A stretch of 32,000 nucleotides of DNA from Bacillus subtilis subsp. subtilis str. 168 (lineage in GTDB: Bacteria; Bacillota; Bacilli; Bacillales; Bacillaceae). The notes under the pieces are model-generated. The model had not been told where the DNA came from, did not search any database, and saw only the letters and a list, made by a program, of their open reading frames with translations. Positions 16,714-25,652 of the stretch are shown in pieces. A program made the translations under genes and the position numbers. The stretch's first letter is position 1; every line of letters starts with the position of its first letter. The stretch spans positions 3,750,001 to 3,782,000 of the forward strand of contig NC_000964.3 of assembly GCF_000009045.1 (NCBI RefSeq). The letters are read 5' to 3'.

Positions 16714-18423
16714 TCAAAATAAGAAATATCTTTGTCCAAGTGGGACATAATCGACAGGCTGGCAAGACAATTCCTCCCCGTCAGCAAAGACCTGATAGGT
16801 TTTTGGATCAATCTCAATCTTCGGCAAAGCCGAATTCAGCTTCATATCCAGCTTGCTCAGCTTTCTGATATTTTTGACTGGAGAAATCCTTTTTTCCAGC
16901 CCTAAGCTTTCCGCCACACCACGCTCTATGCTTGCCTGAGACATAAATGTAATCGAGGTTGAGCGGTTGGCTTTTCCGTAAGACGCATACATTTGGCGCA
17001 TGAAAACCGGTTCAGGAGTCGGGATGGACGCGTTCGGATCTCCCATTTGCGCACGTGCAATCATGCCGCCCTTTAAGACCAGTTCCGGTTTCACGCCGAA
17101 AAATACCGGGTCCCACAGAACGAGATCAGCAAGCTTCCCTTTTTCCACCGAGCCGACCTCATGGCTGAGCCCGTGCGTAATTGCCGGATTAATCGTGTAT
17201 TTGGCAATGTACCGTTTTGCGCGCACATTGTCATTCCCGTTTTCACCGGCAAGAGCGCCGCGCTGTTTTTTCATTTTATCGGCTACCTGCCATGTTCGGA
17301 TGATCACTTCACCGACCCGCCCCATCGCTTGGGAATCCGATGATGTCATGCTGATCGCACCTATATCATGGAGAATATCCTCCGCGGCAATCGTCGCCGC
17401 CCTGATTCTGGAATGGCTGAATGCCACATCTTCAGGCACTTTCGCATCTAAATGGTGGCAGACCATCATCATGTCAAGATGCTCATCCATCGTATTAACG
17501 GTATAAGGAATGGTTGGCGTTGTAGATGACGGCAGAATGTTCGCGTAAGAGGCGAGCTTCATAATATCCGGAGCGTGACCGCCGCCTGCCCCTTCAATGT
17601 GATAAGTATGAATAACCCGGTCCCCGATCGCGTCGAGCGTGTTTTCCAAAAAGCCCGCTTCGTTAATCGTATCGGTATGGATGGCAACTTGAATATCAGC
17701 CTCGTCCACGACTTCCATACACGTTTTAATGGCGCTTGGCGTCGTTCCCCAGTCTTCATGGAGCTTAAGACCGATGGCGCCTGCTTCCACCTGCTCGATC
17801 AGCGGCGCTTTATCGGATGCATTCCCTTTTCCTAAGAAGCCGACATTGATCGGAAACTCCTCGGCCGCTTCCAGCATCCTCGCCATATACCACGCCCCGG
17901 ACGTACATGTTGTCGCTTTGCTTCCTGTAGCGGGTCCTGTTCCGCCTCCCAAAAGGGTCGTCACACCTGAAGAAAGCGCAACTTCCATCTGCTGAGGACA
18001 AATAAAATGAATGTGCGTGTCCACTCCCCCGGCTGTTAAAATTTTGCCTTCACCGGAAATCACCTCTGTCCCCGCTCCGATGACCATGTGCGGATCGACT
18101 CCATCCATGATATCAGGATTTCCGCTTTTTCCGACACCGACAATCCGGCCGTCTTTCACACCGACATCCGCTTTGACAATGCCTGTGTAATCCAATAGCA
18201 CGACGTTGGTGATAACCAAATCCAAAGCGCCGTCCTTCCCTGTGATTCTGCCGTTTTGGCCCATGCCGTCTCGGATAGTTTTTCCGCCGCCAAAGATCAT
18301 TTCTTCACCGTATACTGTGAAATCCTTTTCGACTTCGATCCATAAATCCGTGTCGCCCAATCTGATTTTATCGCCCGTTGTCGGGCCAAACAGTTCCGCA
18401 TATTCCTCCCGTGACATTTTCAT
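16714..18423 (-). CDS. ureC: Urease alpha (catalytic) subunit
   Basis: 569 aa with urease signatures ([30 protein letters not shown]). The start overlaps the ureB stop by 4 nt. Confidence 0.97.
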   Translation of the reverse strand: MKMSREEYAELFGPTTGDKIRLGDTDLWIEVEKDFTVYGEEMIFGGGKTIRDGMGQNGRITGKDGALDLVITNVVLLDYTGIVKADVGVKDGRIVGVGKSGNPDIMDGVDPHMVIGAGTEVISGEGKILTAGGVDTHIHFICPQQMEVALSSGVTTLLGGGTGPATGSKATTCTSGAWYMARMLEAAEEFPINVGFLGKGNASDKAPLIEQVEAGAIGLKLHEDWGTTPSAIKTCMEVVDEADIQVAIHTDTINEAGFLENTLDAIGDRVIHTYHIEGAGGGHAPDIMKLASYANILPSSTTPTIPYTVNTMDEHLDMMMVCHHLDAKVPEDVAFSHSRIRAATIAAEDILHDIGAISMTSSDSQAMGRVGEVIIRTWQVADKMKKQRGALAGENGNDNVRAKRYIAKYTINPAITHGLSHEVGSVEKGKLADLVLWDPVFFGVKPELVLKGGMIARAQMGDPNASIPTPEPVFMRQMYASYGKANRSTSITFMSQASIERGVAESLGLEKRISPVKNIRKLSKLDMKLNSALPKIEIDPKTYQVFADGEELSCQPVDYVPLGQRYFLF

Positions 18424-18794
18424 CGGATTACACCCTCCATCCAGCCGGCTTGTTTTAAGTTGGCCAACGTTTTTTCTTTGCCGCGTTCATCGATAAACGT
18501 GTCGGCCATTCCGTTCAGCCCTCTAATTGTCTTGCGTCCTCTGATTTCCACTAGTGAGACCGTTTTCTGCTCTCCCGGCTCAAAACGGACCGACGTGCCT
18601 GATGGAACATCAAGACGCATGCCGATCGCCAGCTCACGGTCAAATAATAAAGCCCCGTTGGCCTCCGCAAAATGAAAATGCGAACCGACTTGAATGGAGC
18701 GTGATCCGGTGTTTTTTACCGTTACCTCCCGTATCTCACGGCCTTCATTAATCGTAATGGTTCCCTCAGCAATTTGAAATGCTCCCGGCTTCAT
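18420..18794 (-). CDS. ureB: Urease beta subunit
   Basis: 124-aa UreB (MKPGAF...[10 protein letters not shown]), coupled to both ureA and ureC by 4-nt overlaps. Confidence 0.95.
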   Translation of the reverse strand: MKPGAFQIAEGTITINEGREIREVTVKNTGSRSIQVGSHFHFAEANGALLFDRELAIGMRLDVPSGTSVRFEPGEQKTVSLVEIRGRKTIRGLNGMADTFIDERGKEKTLANLKQAGWMEGVIR

Positions 18795-19108
18795 GACTTC
18801 ACCTCCGCAGAAATTGGCTGATGTACCGTAACAAGCTTTACACCATCCGGAAATGTGGCCTCCACCTGAATGCTGTCCAGCATCTCAGGCACACCCTCCA
18901 TCACATCTTTTTCCGTTAATACATGGCGGCCGGCTTCCATCAGCTCTGCTACTCCCTTCCCATCACGTGCGCCTTCCATAATAAAGCAGGTGATATAAGC
19001 AGCAGCCTCAGGATAGTTCAGCAGAACGCCCCGCGCCTTTCGCTGTTTGGCTAATTCCCCCGCTGCAAAAATGAGCAATTTCTCTTGTTCAACTGGTGTC
19101 AGTTTCAT
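18791..19108 (-). CDS. ureA: Urease gamma subunit
   Basis: The ATG at 19108 follows aaggagga and gives [14 protein letters not shown]..., 105 aa. The ORF-track start at 19132 is rejected. Confidence 0.93.
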   Translation of the reverse strand: MKLTPVEQEKLLIFAAGELAKQRKARGVLLNYPEAAAYITCFIMEGARDGKGVAELMEAGRHVLTEKDVMEGVPEMLDSIQVEATFPDGVKLVTVHQPISAEVKS

Positions 19109-19349
19109 CTGTAGTCCTCCTTCTTTTGTCATATAAAGCAGATGCGGCTACTACGAATTTGCGGAACAGTCAGGCGGGACATCACCTCCCTTTCTTCGAG
19201 AATGGGGGTCATACGGTAAGATGCCTTTCAAAGCGGCATGCCGTTTCTTCATCAGCCTTGCCATGGTCAACAACCGTTCCCCTGTCGATCACGGAAAGAT
19301 CAGATTAACGCGTTTTCCAGACTGCGCTCGACTAAGATAACAAATGTCT

Positions 19350-19364
19350 TTTTTTCTGGAAATT
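19350..19364 (-). promoter_or_regulatory. Candidate CodY box near ure P2
   Basis: On the minus strand AATTTCCAGAAAAAA differs from the consensus AATTTTCWGAAAATT at 3 positions. Confidence 0.35.
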
Positions 19365-19386
19365 TCTATAATAACTTGTCTGACTA

Positions 19387-19414
19387 GTTCGACAATTAAA
19401 ATCTGAATTCCTTC
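19387..19414 (-). promoter_or_regulatory. sigmaH-type promoter (ure P2)
   Basis: On the minus strand GAAGGAATT, then 12 nt, then GTCGAAC, against RNAGGAWWW-N11/12-RNNGAAT. The implied start is about 270 nt upstream of ureA, as I recall for the published P2. Confidence 0.55.
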
Positions 19415-19924
19415 CAATTGTTTATTAAGTAAAATATTTTTCAGATTTACCATCAGCGCTCTGGTGATTGCAAGCTGCTGCTGTTGACCGCCTTTTCGTT
19501 TTGAACAAACGTTTGATTAAAACAAATAGCCCCCTCTGTTTAGCCGGAGTCGGCCTAATACAGCGACAATCTGCCCCGGGCGAAGCTAAGGCTGTGCAAA
19601 ACCATCGATTGATCATAACCAGACGTTACATTCCTGATGGCAGCCCGTTGTTTTGCTCCGCAACCGGAAGCATGGCATGGAGGCCAGTCTGAGGCGCCGA
19701 CCTCCACGATACCGAGAACCCGACTATTGCCATTAACTCCGCATCATGGACGGTCACTTCGCTGATCGCCACCGTTCCTCTTAATGAGTGAAGAATTCCG
19801 GCCTTCACTGAATCCCCGCTTGTGTCGATATCAACTGTTTTCTCGCACTCCCGTGGCTTCCGACACTTTCTTCGGTGCAGTACATTCCGTCATCAAAACC
19901 CCTTTGTTTGATTTCTTCAAATGA

Positions 19925-19941
19925 TGTTATAAAAGTTTACA
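19925..19941. promoter_or_regulatory. GlnR/TnrA box just downstream of the ure P3 start site
   Basis: TGTTATAAAAGTTTACA is an exact fit to TGTNA-N7-TNACA, centred at about +14. Confidence 0.65.
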
Positions 19942-19953
19942 ACTTATGTCATC

Positions 19954-19981
19954 ATTATATAGAAGAGGCCTATTAATTCAA
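19954..19981 (-). promoter_or_regulatory. sigmaA promoter (ure P3)
   Basis: On the minus strand TTGAAT, then 16 nt, then TATAAT. The implied start near 19947 is about 839 nt upstream of the ureA ATG, matching my recollection of the mapped P3. Confidence 0.7.
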
Positions 19982-20029
19982 AGAATATTTAAAAAATTTA
20001 GTTACCTTGACCAAATCAGCTTCTTTTTT

Positions 20030-20046
20030 TGTTATATTTATTCACA
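20030..20046. promoter_or_regulatory. Upstream GlnR/TnrA box of ure P3
   Basis: On the minus strand TGTGAATAAATATAACA is an exact fit to TGTNA-N7-TNACA, centred about 91 nt upstream of the P3 start. Confidence 0.6.
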
Positions 20047-20059
20047 TCAGAAAAAGCGA

Positions 20060-20089
20060 AAAAAAAGACAAGAAACATTTCGTTTCCTG
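20060..20089 (-). terminator. Rho-independent terminator of csbD
   Basis: On the minus strand the stem caggaaac/gtttcttg (one G-U pair) is followed by tctttttttt. Confidence 0.65.
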
Positions 20090-20103
20090 CCTCTTCCGTA
20101 CGA

Positions 20104-20292
20104 TTAATCTTTATCTGAAAATTTATCCTTGGCTTTCCCGATATCCTTTTGGATTTCGCCTTTTGCCTTATCTTTTTTGCCTTCAGCCTGCATGTCCGTT
20201 CTGTCAGCCATATCTCCGACTTTATCCTTCACTTCTCCTTTGGCTTTATTGAAGCCGCCCTTCATTTTGTCTTTTACACTATCGTTACCCAT
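20104..20292 (-). CDS. csbD: General stress protein CsbD
   Basis: 62-aa Lys/Asp-rich CsbD-family protein (KGEVKDKVGD...KGEIQKDIGKAKDK). RBS gagaggggag. Confidence 0.9.
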   Translation of the reverse strand: MGNDSVKDKMKGGFNKAKGEVKDKVGDMADRTDMQAEGKKDKAKGEIQKDIGKAKDKFSDKD

Positions 20293-20330
20293 GTTAATTC
20301 TCCCCTCTCAATTATGTGTGTACTTGTTAA

Positions 20331-20355
20331 CTTCCCGATCTGAGAGGCAATAAAC
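20331..20355 (-). promoter_or_regulatory. sigmaB-type promoter of csbD
   Basis: On the minus strand GTTTAT, then 13 nt, then GGGAAG, against the consensus GTTTAA-N12-15-GGGWAW. Confidence 0.7.
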
Positions 20356-20364
20356 ATTCTAATG

Positions 20365-20844
20365 TTATTTATCGATTTCGTAGCGCTCTCCGTAACGGAG
20401 CACCTTGTATATCGCCAGCCCGTCTGATGACTTTTTCTCCGAATATCGGACCGGCAGCAGGGCAAAAAACACATAATACGTAGAAAAATAGACAAACTGA
20501 TAGAAAAACACATTCGGCTTTAATACACTGTGTATAATCAGCAGATTGATTGCAAAAATCGTGATGAGGTTAAACAAGCAGCCCCCTGCATACACGAGTG
20601 CATTTGAGAATCGATTGTCAATTTTCAACTCCCCGTACCGGCAAAAAGAATCGATAAAATAAATCGTTCTGAACCGTATGGGTCCAATTTTAAGCAGCGT
20701 TTTTCCCATGCCTATATCCAACGATCCCTTTCCGCCAAAAATAAAAGCCATAAAGCTGTGCCCTGAAACATGTATAATCTGTACAAGCGGCAGAACAATG
20801 AGGAAAGACCACAGAAACTTCACCATATCATTAAAACCAAACAT
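20365..20844 (-). CDS. ywmF: Polytopic membrane protein of unknown function
   Basis: The ATG at 20844 follows gaggggga and gives 159 aa. The ORF-track extension to 21003 runs through the rapB terminator and is rejected. Confidence 0.75.
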   Translation of the reverse strand: MFGFNDMVKFLWSFLIVLPLVQIIHVSGHSFMAFIFGGKGSLDIGMGKTLLKIGPIRFRTIYFIDSFCRYGELKIDNRFSNALVYAGGCLFNLITIFAINLLIIHSVLKPNVFFYQFVYFSTYYVFFALLPVRYSEKKSSDGLAIYKVLRYGERYEIDK

Positions 20845-20961
20845 TGAATTCCCCCTCACATGCATATCTGCATCCCAAAACGGCTTTTGTTCAAAAAACA
20901 GTGCTGTAGCGATTTTTCCTGTTCTCCCCGGAAATAAACGTTCCGATGCTCCCCTTTTTTT

Positions 20962-20996
20962 GCATAAAAAAAAACCATCTGCCAGCAGATGGTTTT
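20962..20996 (-). terminator. Rho-independent terminator of rapB
   Basis: On the minus strand the stem aaaaccatctg/cagatggtttt is followed by a T-run, immediately after the rapB TGA. Confidence 0.8.
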
Positions 20997-20999
20997 GTC

Positions 21000-22205
<1,206 letters not shown>

Positions 22206-22282
22206 TTACAATGATTCCTTCTTTATGCCTATCCTTATATATTTCGGTTTTTCTACGTATTTTTTGCACTCGGATTCTAATA

Positions 22283-22315
22283 AAAAAGCTTACCGGACAG
22301 TGCCGATAAGCTTTT
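22283..22315 (-). terminator. Rho-independent terminator of fdhD-moaA
   Basis: On the minus strand the stem aaaagcttatcgg/ccggtaagctttt is followed by ttatt. Confidence 0.8.
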
Positions 22316-22324
22316 GACTTCAAA

Positions 22325-23350
22325 TTAACCGCCAATATAAGACATTTCCACTTTCTTTTTGCCAGATGCTTTTGATAGCGTACGATCGACTGAATACTGA
22401 TCGATCCGATTTTTCCATACTGTCCCGATCATTTCTGATAGTTCGTCATCACTTAATTCCTGGCGAACCGGAGCTCTGAGGTCAAATCCGCTTGAAGCGA
22501 ATAAGCAGGTAAACAGCTCTCCTCTCGCAGAAAGACGGGCTCTGTTGCAAGATCCGCAGAATGCATCAGATACAGATGATATGACGCCAATTTCTCCGGA
22601 GCCGTCCAAGTAGCGGAATCTGGAAGCCACTTCGCCTATATAATTAGGCGCTATCGGCTCAACCGGCATGTGTTTATTGATCAAATCTATGATTTCCGCC
22701 TTTGTCATGACGTCTTTCTTTTCCCATTGGTTGGTGTTGCCTACGTCCATAAATTCAATGAATCTCAGGATATGCCCTTTTTCTTTAAAATAACGGGCCA
22801 TAGGCAGTATATCTTTTTCATTGACGCCCTTTTGAACGACCATATTGATTTTAACACCGAGCCCCGCTTGCTTCGCCGCTTCAATGCCTTCCAGCACCTT
22901 GCTGACAGAAACACCGCGCCCGTTTATCTTCTTAAAACGCTCGTCTTCTAAAGAATCAAGGCTGATCGTAACCCTTTTCAGCCCAGCCTCCTTGAGCCTC
23001 TTAGCATAAACAGGCAGCAGTGATCCGTTTGTCGTCATCGCGATGTCACGAATACCCGGTATGCGGGCCAGTTTTTTGATTAATTCCGGCATATCCTTTC
23101 TCATGAGGGGCTCTCCGCCGGTCAAGCGGATTTTTTCAACGCCAAATCTTGTGACAAACAATGTCGCAAGCCGTTCCAGCTCCTCAAATGAAAGCAGCTC
23201 CTCTTTCTTTAAAAAAGGATAATCCGGGCCGAATAATTCGGCGGGCATACAGTACGTGCATCGGAAGTTGCAGCGGTCTGTAACAGAAATGCGAAGGTCT
23301 CTCAGCGGTCTGTTTCTTTTATCCAACATCTGACGCGACTCTGTAATCAT
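22325..23350 (-). CDS. moaA: GTP 3',8-cyclase (radical-SAM molybdenum cofactor biosynthesis protein A)
   Basis: 341 aa with the CNFRCTYC radical-SAM cluster motif, a C-terminal CGSCNRARL cluster, and a GG tail. Confidence 0.95.
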   Translation of the reverse strand: MITESRQMLDKRNRPLRDLRISVTDRCNFRCTYCMPAELFGPDYPFLKKEELLSFEELERLATLFVTRFGVEKIRLTGGEPLMRKDMPELIKKLARIPGIRDIAMTTNGSLLPVYAKRLKEAGLKRVTISLDSLEDERFKKINGRGVSVSKVLEGIEAAKQAGLGVKINMVVQKGVNEKDILPMARYFKEKGHILRFIEFMDVGNTNQWEKKDVMTKAEIIDLINKHMPVEPIAPNYIGEVASRFRYLDGSGEIGVISSVSDAFCGSCNRARLSARGELFTCLFASSGFDLRAPVRQELSDDELSEMIGTVWKNRIDQYSVDRTLSKASGKKKVEMSYIGG

Positions 23351-23365
23351 AGCTACAGCCCCTTC

Positions 23366-24154
23366 CTACTCCCTGATTCTCTCAGGGTGTGTATATACAT
23401 TAAATGATCCGTTTCTGACAAATCCAATCGCTGTGATATTCAATTCTTCAGCCATTTGAATCGCAAGCTCCGTCGGGGCCGATTTGGAAATGACAATCGA
23501 CACGCCGATTTTGGCCGCTTTTAACAGGACCTCTGATGAGATTCTGCCGCTGAACACAATCAGTTTGTCGCGTACGGACATCCCGTTTAGAAGGCAGTGT
23601 CCGTATAGTTTATCAAGTGCGTTGTGCCGACCGATATCTGTGCGCATCAACAGAAGCTTCTCTGTGTCGCAAAGCGCCGCATTATGGACGCCTCCCGTAT
23701 CCTGAAACGTCCCGCTCCCTTGCTGCATGTCTTTCATAAGCGCCAGACATGCCTCAGGCGATATCTTGATTTGGCTGACAGCCGTCTTGGCTGTTTTGAC
23801 ATCCTGCTGAAAATAAAAATGACGGCCCTTTCCGCAGCATGAGCCGATCACCCGTTTCGTATAATCCTTTTGATCCAATGTCTCAGGGTGAACGAGGTCG
23901 ACATATACAAAACCGAGACTTTCATCTATTGTAAACCTTTTAATTTCTTTTTGAAATCGTATAACACCCTCTGATGCGAGAAATCCGATGACAAGCTCTT
24001 CGATATGCTCAGGCGTACAAACGAGCGTCACAAATTCACTGCCATTCAGTATCACTGTCAAAGGGAATTCCGTCACCATCCGGTCTTCTACTTTGCTTAT
24101 TTCCCCTTGTTCATAGCGCCATACATCCCTGACCGCAGTTACTTTATCGTTCAA
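23366..24154 (-). CDS. fdhD: Formate dehydrogenase accessory sulfurtransferase FdhD
   Basis: 262 aa with a TTG start after ggagggga. The product shows FdhD motifs (SCCGKGR, GGVHNAAL, DIGRHNALDK). It lies 15 nt upstream of moaA. Confidence 0.9.
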   Translation of the reverse strand: MNDKVTAVRDVWRYEQGEISKVEDRMVTEFPLTVILNGSEFVTLVCTPEHIEELVIGFLASEGVIRFQKEIKRFTIDESLGFVYVDLVHPETLDQKDYTKRVIGSCCGKGRHFYFQQDVKTAKTAVSQIKISPEACLALMKDMQQGSGTFQDTGGVHNAALCDTEKLLLMRTDIGRHNALDKLYGHCLLNGMSVRDKLIVFSGRISSEVLLKAAKIGVSIVISKSAPTELAIQMAEELNITAIGFVRNGSFNVYTHPERIRE

Positions 24155-24209
24155 TGTCTCTTCCCCTCCGCAATGTTCCTGCCTTTATATTTTTTCACAC
24201 TCCTCGGAT

Positions 24210-24229
24210 TTTGTCGAATTCTGAGACAC
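24210..24229. repeat. Bipartite repeat copy B (TTTGTCGA-att-CTGAGACAC)
   Basis: It shares both half-elements with the copy at 24363-24383 and contains TTTGTCGAA, a Spo0A-box-like string. Confidence 0.6.
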
Positions 24230-24230
24230 A

Positions 24231-24255
24231 AAAAGAGCCCTCTATATAAAGGGCT
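24231..24255 (-). terminator. Probable terminator downstream of ywmE
   Basis: On the minus strand the stem agccct/agggct with loop ttatatag is followed by ctttttgtg. Confidence 0.5.
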
Positions 24256-24362
24256 TTTACAGGATGTGATGACGGCGGTGTTTAGGCAGGACGCCTAAGC
24301 ATTTAGCCGCCGTTCCTTTTATAACACGTGAGCACCAATGTGCATTGACAACGAACGCGGGG

Positions 24363-24383
24363 TTTGTCGACACGCTGAGACAC
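24363..24383. repeat. Bipartite repeat copy A (TTTGTCGA-cacg-CTGAGACAC)
   Basis: 17 of 17 core nucleotides are identical to copy B, with a spacer one nt longer. Confidence 0.6.
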
Positions 24384-24399
24384 CTCTGTATAAAGGACT

Positions 24400-24561
24400 C
24401 TATGTTTGATTATGCTGATTCTTTTTCAGAACCGTAAACAGCACAATAGCTGCGATCAAGGTGAGAATGCTGACAAAAAAGAAGGCTGCCAGTTTTAGAA
24501 GAACACCAAGCAATATAAATGCAACGGTGGCTATAAGAAAAATCATTCCGAATAATTTCAT
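24400..24561 (-). CDS. ywmE: 53-aa two-helix membrane micro-protein
   Basis: The ATG at 24561 follows aaagggg and gives MKLFGMIFLIATVAFILLGVLLKLAAFFFVSILTLIAAIVLFTVLKKNQHNQT. It is below the ORF-track cutoff, and its position matches ywmE. Confidence 0.65.
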   Translation of the reverse strand: MKLFGMIFLIATVAFILLGVLLKLAAFFFVSILTLIAAIVLFTVLKKNQHNQT

Positions 24562-24613
24562 ATGTTCAACCCCTTTTTAGGGTATCATTCCCGCCCAAAC
24601 TGTTTTTAAACCA

Positions 24614-24640
24614 ATAAAAAAGGCGCCTGGGGGAGCGCCT
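24614..24640 (-). terminator. Rho-independent terminator of ywmD
   Basis: On the minus strand the stem aggcgc/gcgcct is followed by a T6 run. Confidence 0.6.
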
Positions 24641-24654
24641 GATCTTTAGGTTCC

Positions 24655-25329
24655 TTACTCAGTAAATTTTTGTGCTTCTTTTTCCCAAGCCTGTTCGAAC
24701 TCATCCGCACTGTTCGCTGAAATATATTCTCCGCCGCCAGCGACAGCTGCTTGTTTCATCTCTTCATTACCCTTGACATCAAAGTTGAAGCCAATGATGT
24801 TTACAATCGTATCCACATTTGATGCACGGAGCTTTTCGATTTCCGCCGCAGGGTCTCCGCCGCACGTTTCTTCACCGTCAGTGATTAAATACACCACGTT
24901 TTTCCCGTCTGCGTCAAATGCTTCAAATTCTTTTCTTGTGTCTGCAAGTGCTTTGGCAATCGGTGTCCATCCAGTCGGCTTGAGCTCACTCAATGAATTG
25001 TCAAACAGAGACCCTTCATATGGATGAAGGCCGTAAATGGTTTCCGTCGTACTGCACGAAAGGGCTTTACCGGACAGTTTATTGTTCCCTGCATGCCCGA
25101 AAACGCGAAGCATAAGATTTGTATCCTTTGGAAGAAGTTCGGCAAAAGATTTTACTGATTTTTTGGCAATGTCTATTTTGCGCTCTCCTCCTGTTTTTTG
25201 AACCATGCTTCCGCTTCCGTCAAACAAAACAGCTACATTTGTATCAGCCTGTTTCTCAGCGGCAAAAGACGGGGAGGCAATGGAAACAGTCAACAATCCA
25301 ATGATACCGGCAGCCAGCAATTTTTTCAT
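24655..25329 (-). CDS. ywmD: Secreted von Willebrand factor A (vWA) domain protein
   Basis: The ATG at 25329 follows aaaggaag, giving 224 aa. The product has a signal peptide ending SFAAEK, the MIDAS motif DGSGSM, and TDGEETCGGDP. Confidence 0.85.
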   Translation of the reverse strand: MKKLLAAGIIGLLTVSIASPSFAAEKQADTNVAVLFDGSGSMVQKTGGERKIDIAKKSVKSFAELLPKDTNLMLRVFGHAGNNKLSGKALSCSTTETIYGLHPYEGSLFDNSLSELKPTGWTPIAKALADTRKEFEAFDADGKNVVYLITDGEETCGGDPAAEIEKLRASNVDTIVNIIGFNFDVKGNEEMKQAAVAGGGEYISANSADEFEQAWEKEAQKFTE

Positions 25330-25618
25330 ATGATTACTTCCTTTCTTTTTCATATTTTCCAACTATATGTTGGATTCTTCTTTATGCTAGAATACGAAAA
25401 TGCAAAAAGATATAGGACATGCTGCCTTTTGTGCTGCTTTCACGATCTGTCCAAAATCGCTTGAAATGCCGTTCATTTTTAGCCATTTCCGCCCAGAAAG
25501 CATAAACAGCTTGTGTGATCATTCATTCTTTTTTCGCCTTGATTATGACAGAAAAACGGAAATCTGCTACTATGCTACAGGCAGACAGCTAATTAGTTTT
25601 GAAGTTTTTGTTACATAC

Positions 25619-25650
25619 AAAAAGAGGCTGACCATCACCAGCCTCTTTTT
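25619..25650. terminator. Terminator of ywmC (symmetrical A/T flanks)
   Basis: 10-bp stem aaagaggctg/cagcctcttt with T-runs on both strands. Confidence 0.8.
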
Positions 25651-25652
25651 TC

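Larger units (their letters stand above)
19209..19893 (-). pseudogene. Decayed remnants of two ABC-transporter ATPase genes (LivG/LivF or UrtD/UrtE type) forming the ureABC P3 leader
   Basis: Pieces appear in three minus-strand frames and are broken by stops and frameshifts. They are [61 protein letters not shown] (LivF signature and Walker B region) and IDRGTVVDHGKADEE...HLTV-stop. See findings. Confidence 0.55.

Noticed and set aside
17000-17506. 168-aa plus-strand ORF (and several 60-96-aa ORFs) antisense to ureC and ureB
   Set aside because: It lies entirely within a strongly supported coding region on the opposite strand. It has no RBS and a Ser/Pro/Arg-rich shadow-frame composition.
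19425-19808. Two in-frame 60-63-aa minus-strand ORFs, separated by a single TAA, as possible real small genes upstream of ureA
   Set aside because: Neither has an RBS, and the downstream one has a Cys/Arg/Trp-rich non-protein-like composition. The region is better explained as frames of a decayed ABC-ATPase pseudogene.
20007-20353. Three plus-strand ORFs (64-81 aa) antisense to csbD
   Set aside because: They are shadow frames of the Lys/Asp-rich csbD gene and its terminator, with repetitive Leu/Phe/Ser products and no RBS.
20914-20939. Possible sigmaB promoter for ywmF (GTTTAT-N14-GGAAAA)
   Set aside because: The -10 element deviates at two key positions from GGGTAT/GGGAAT. It is too weak to list as a feature without expression data.
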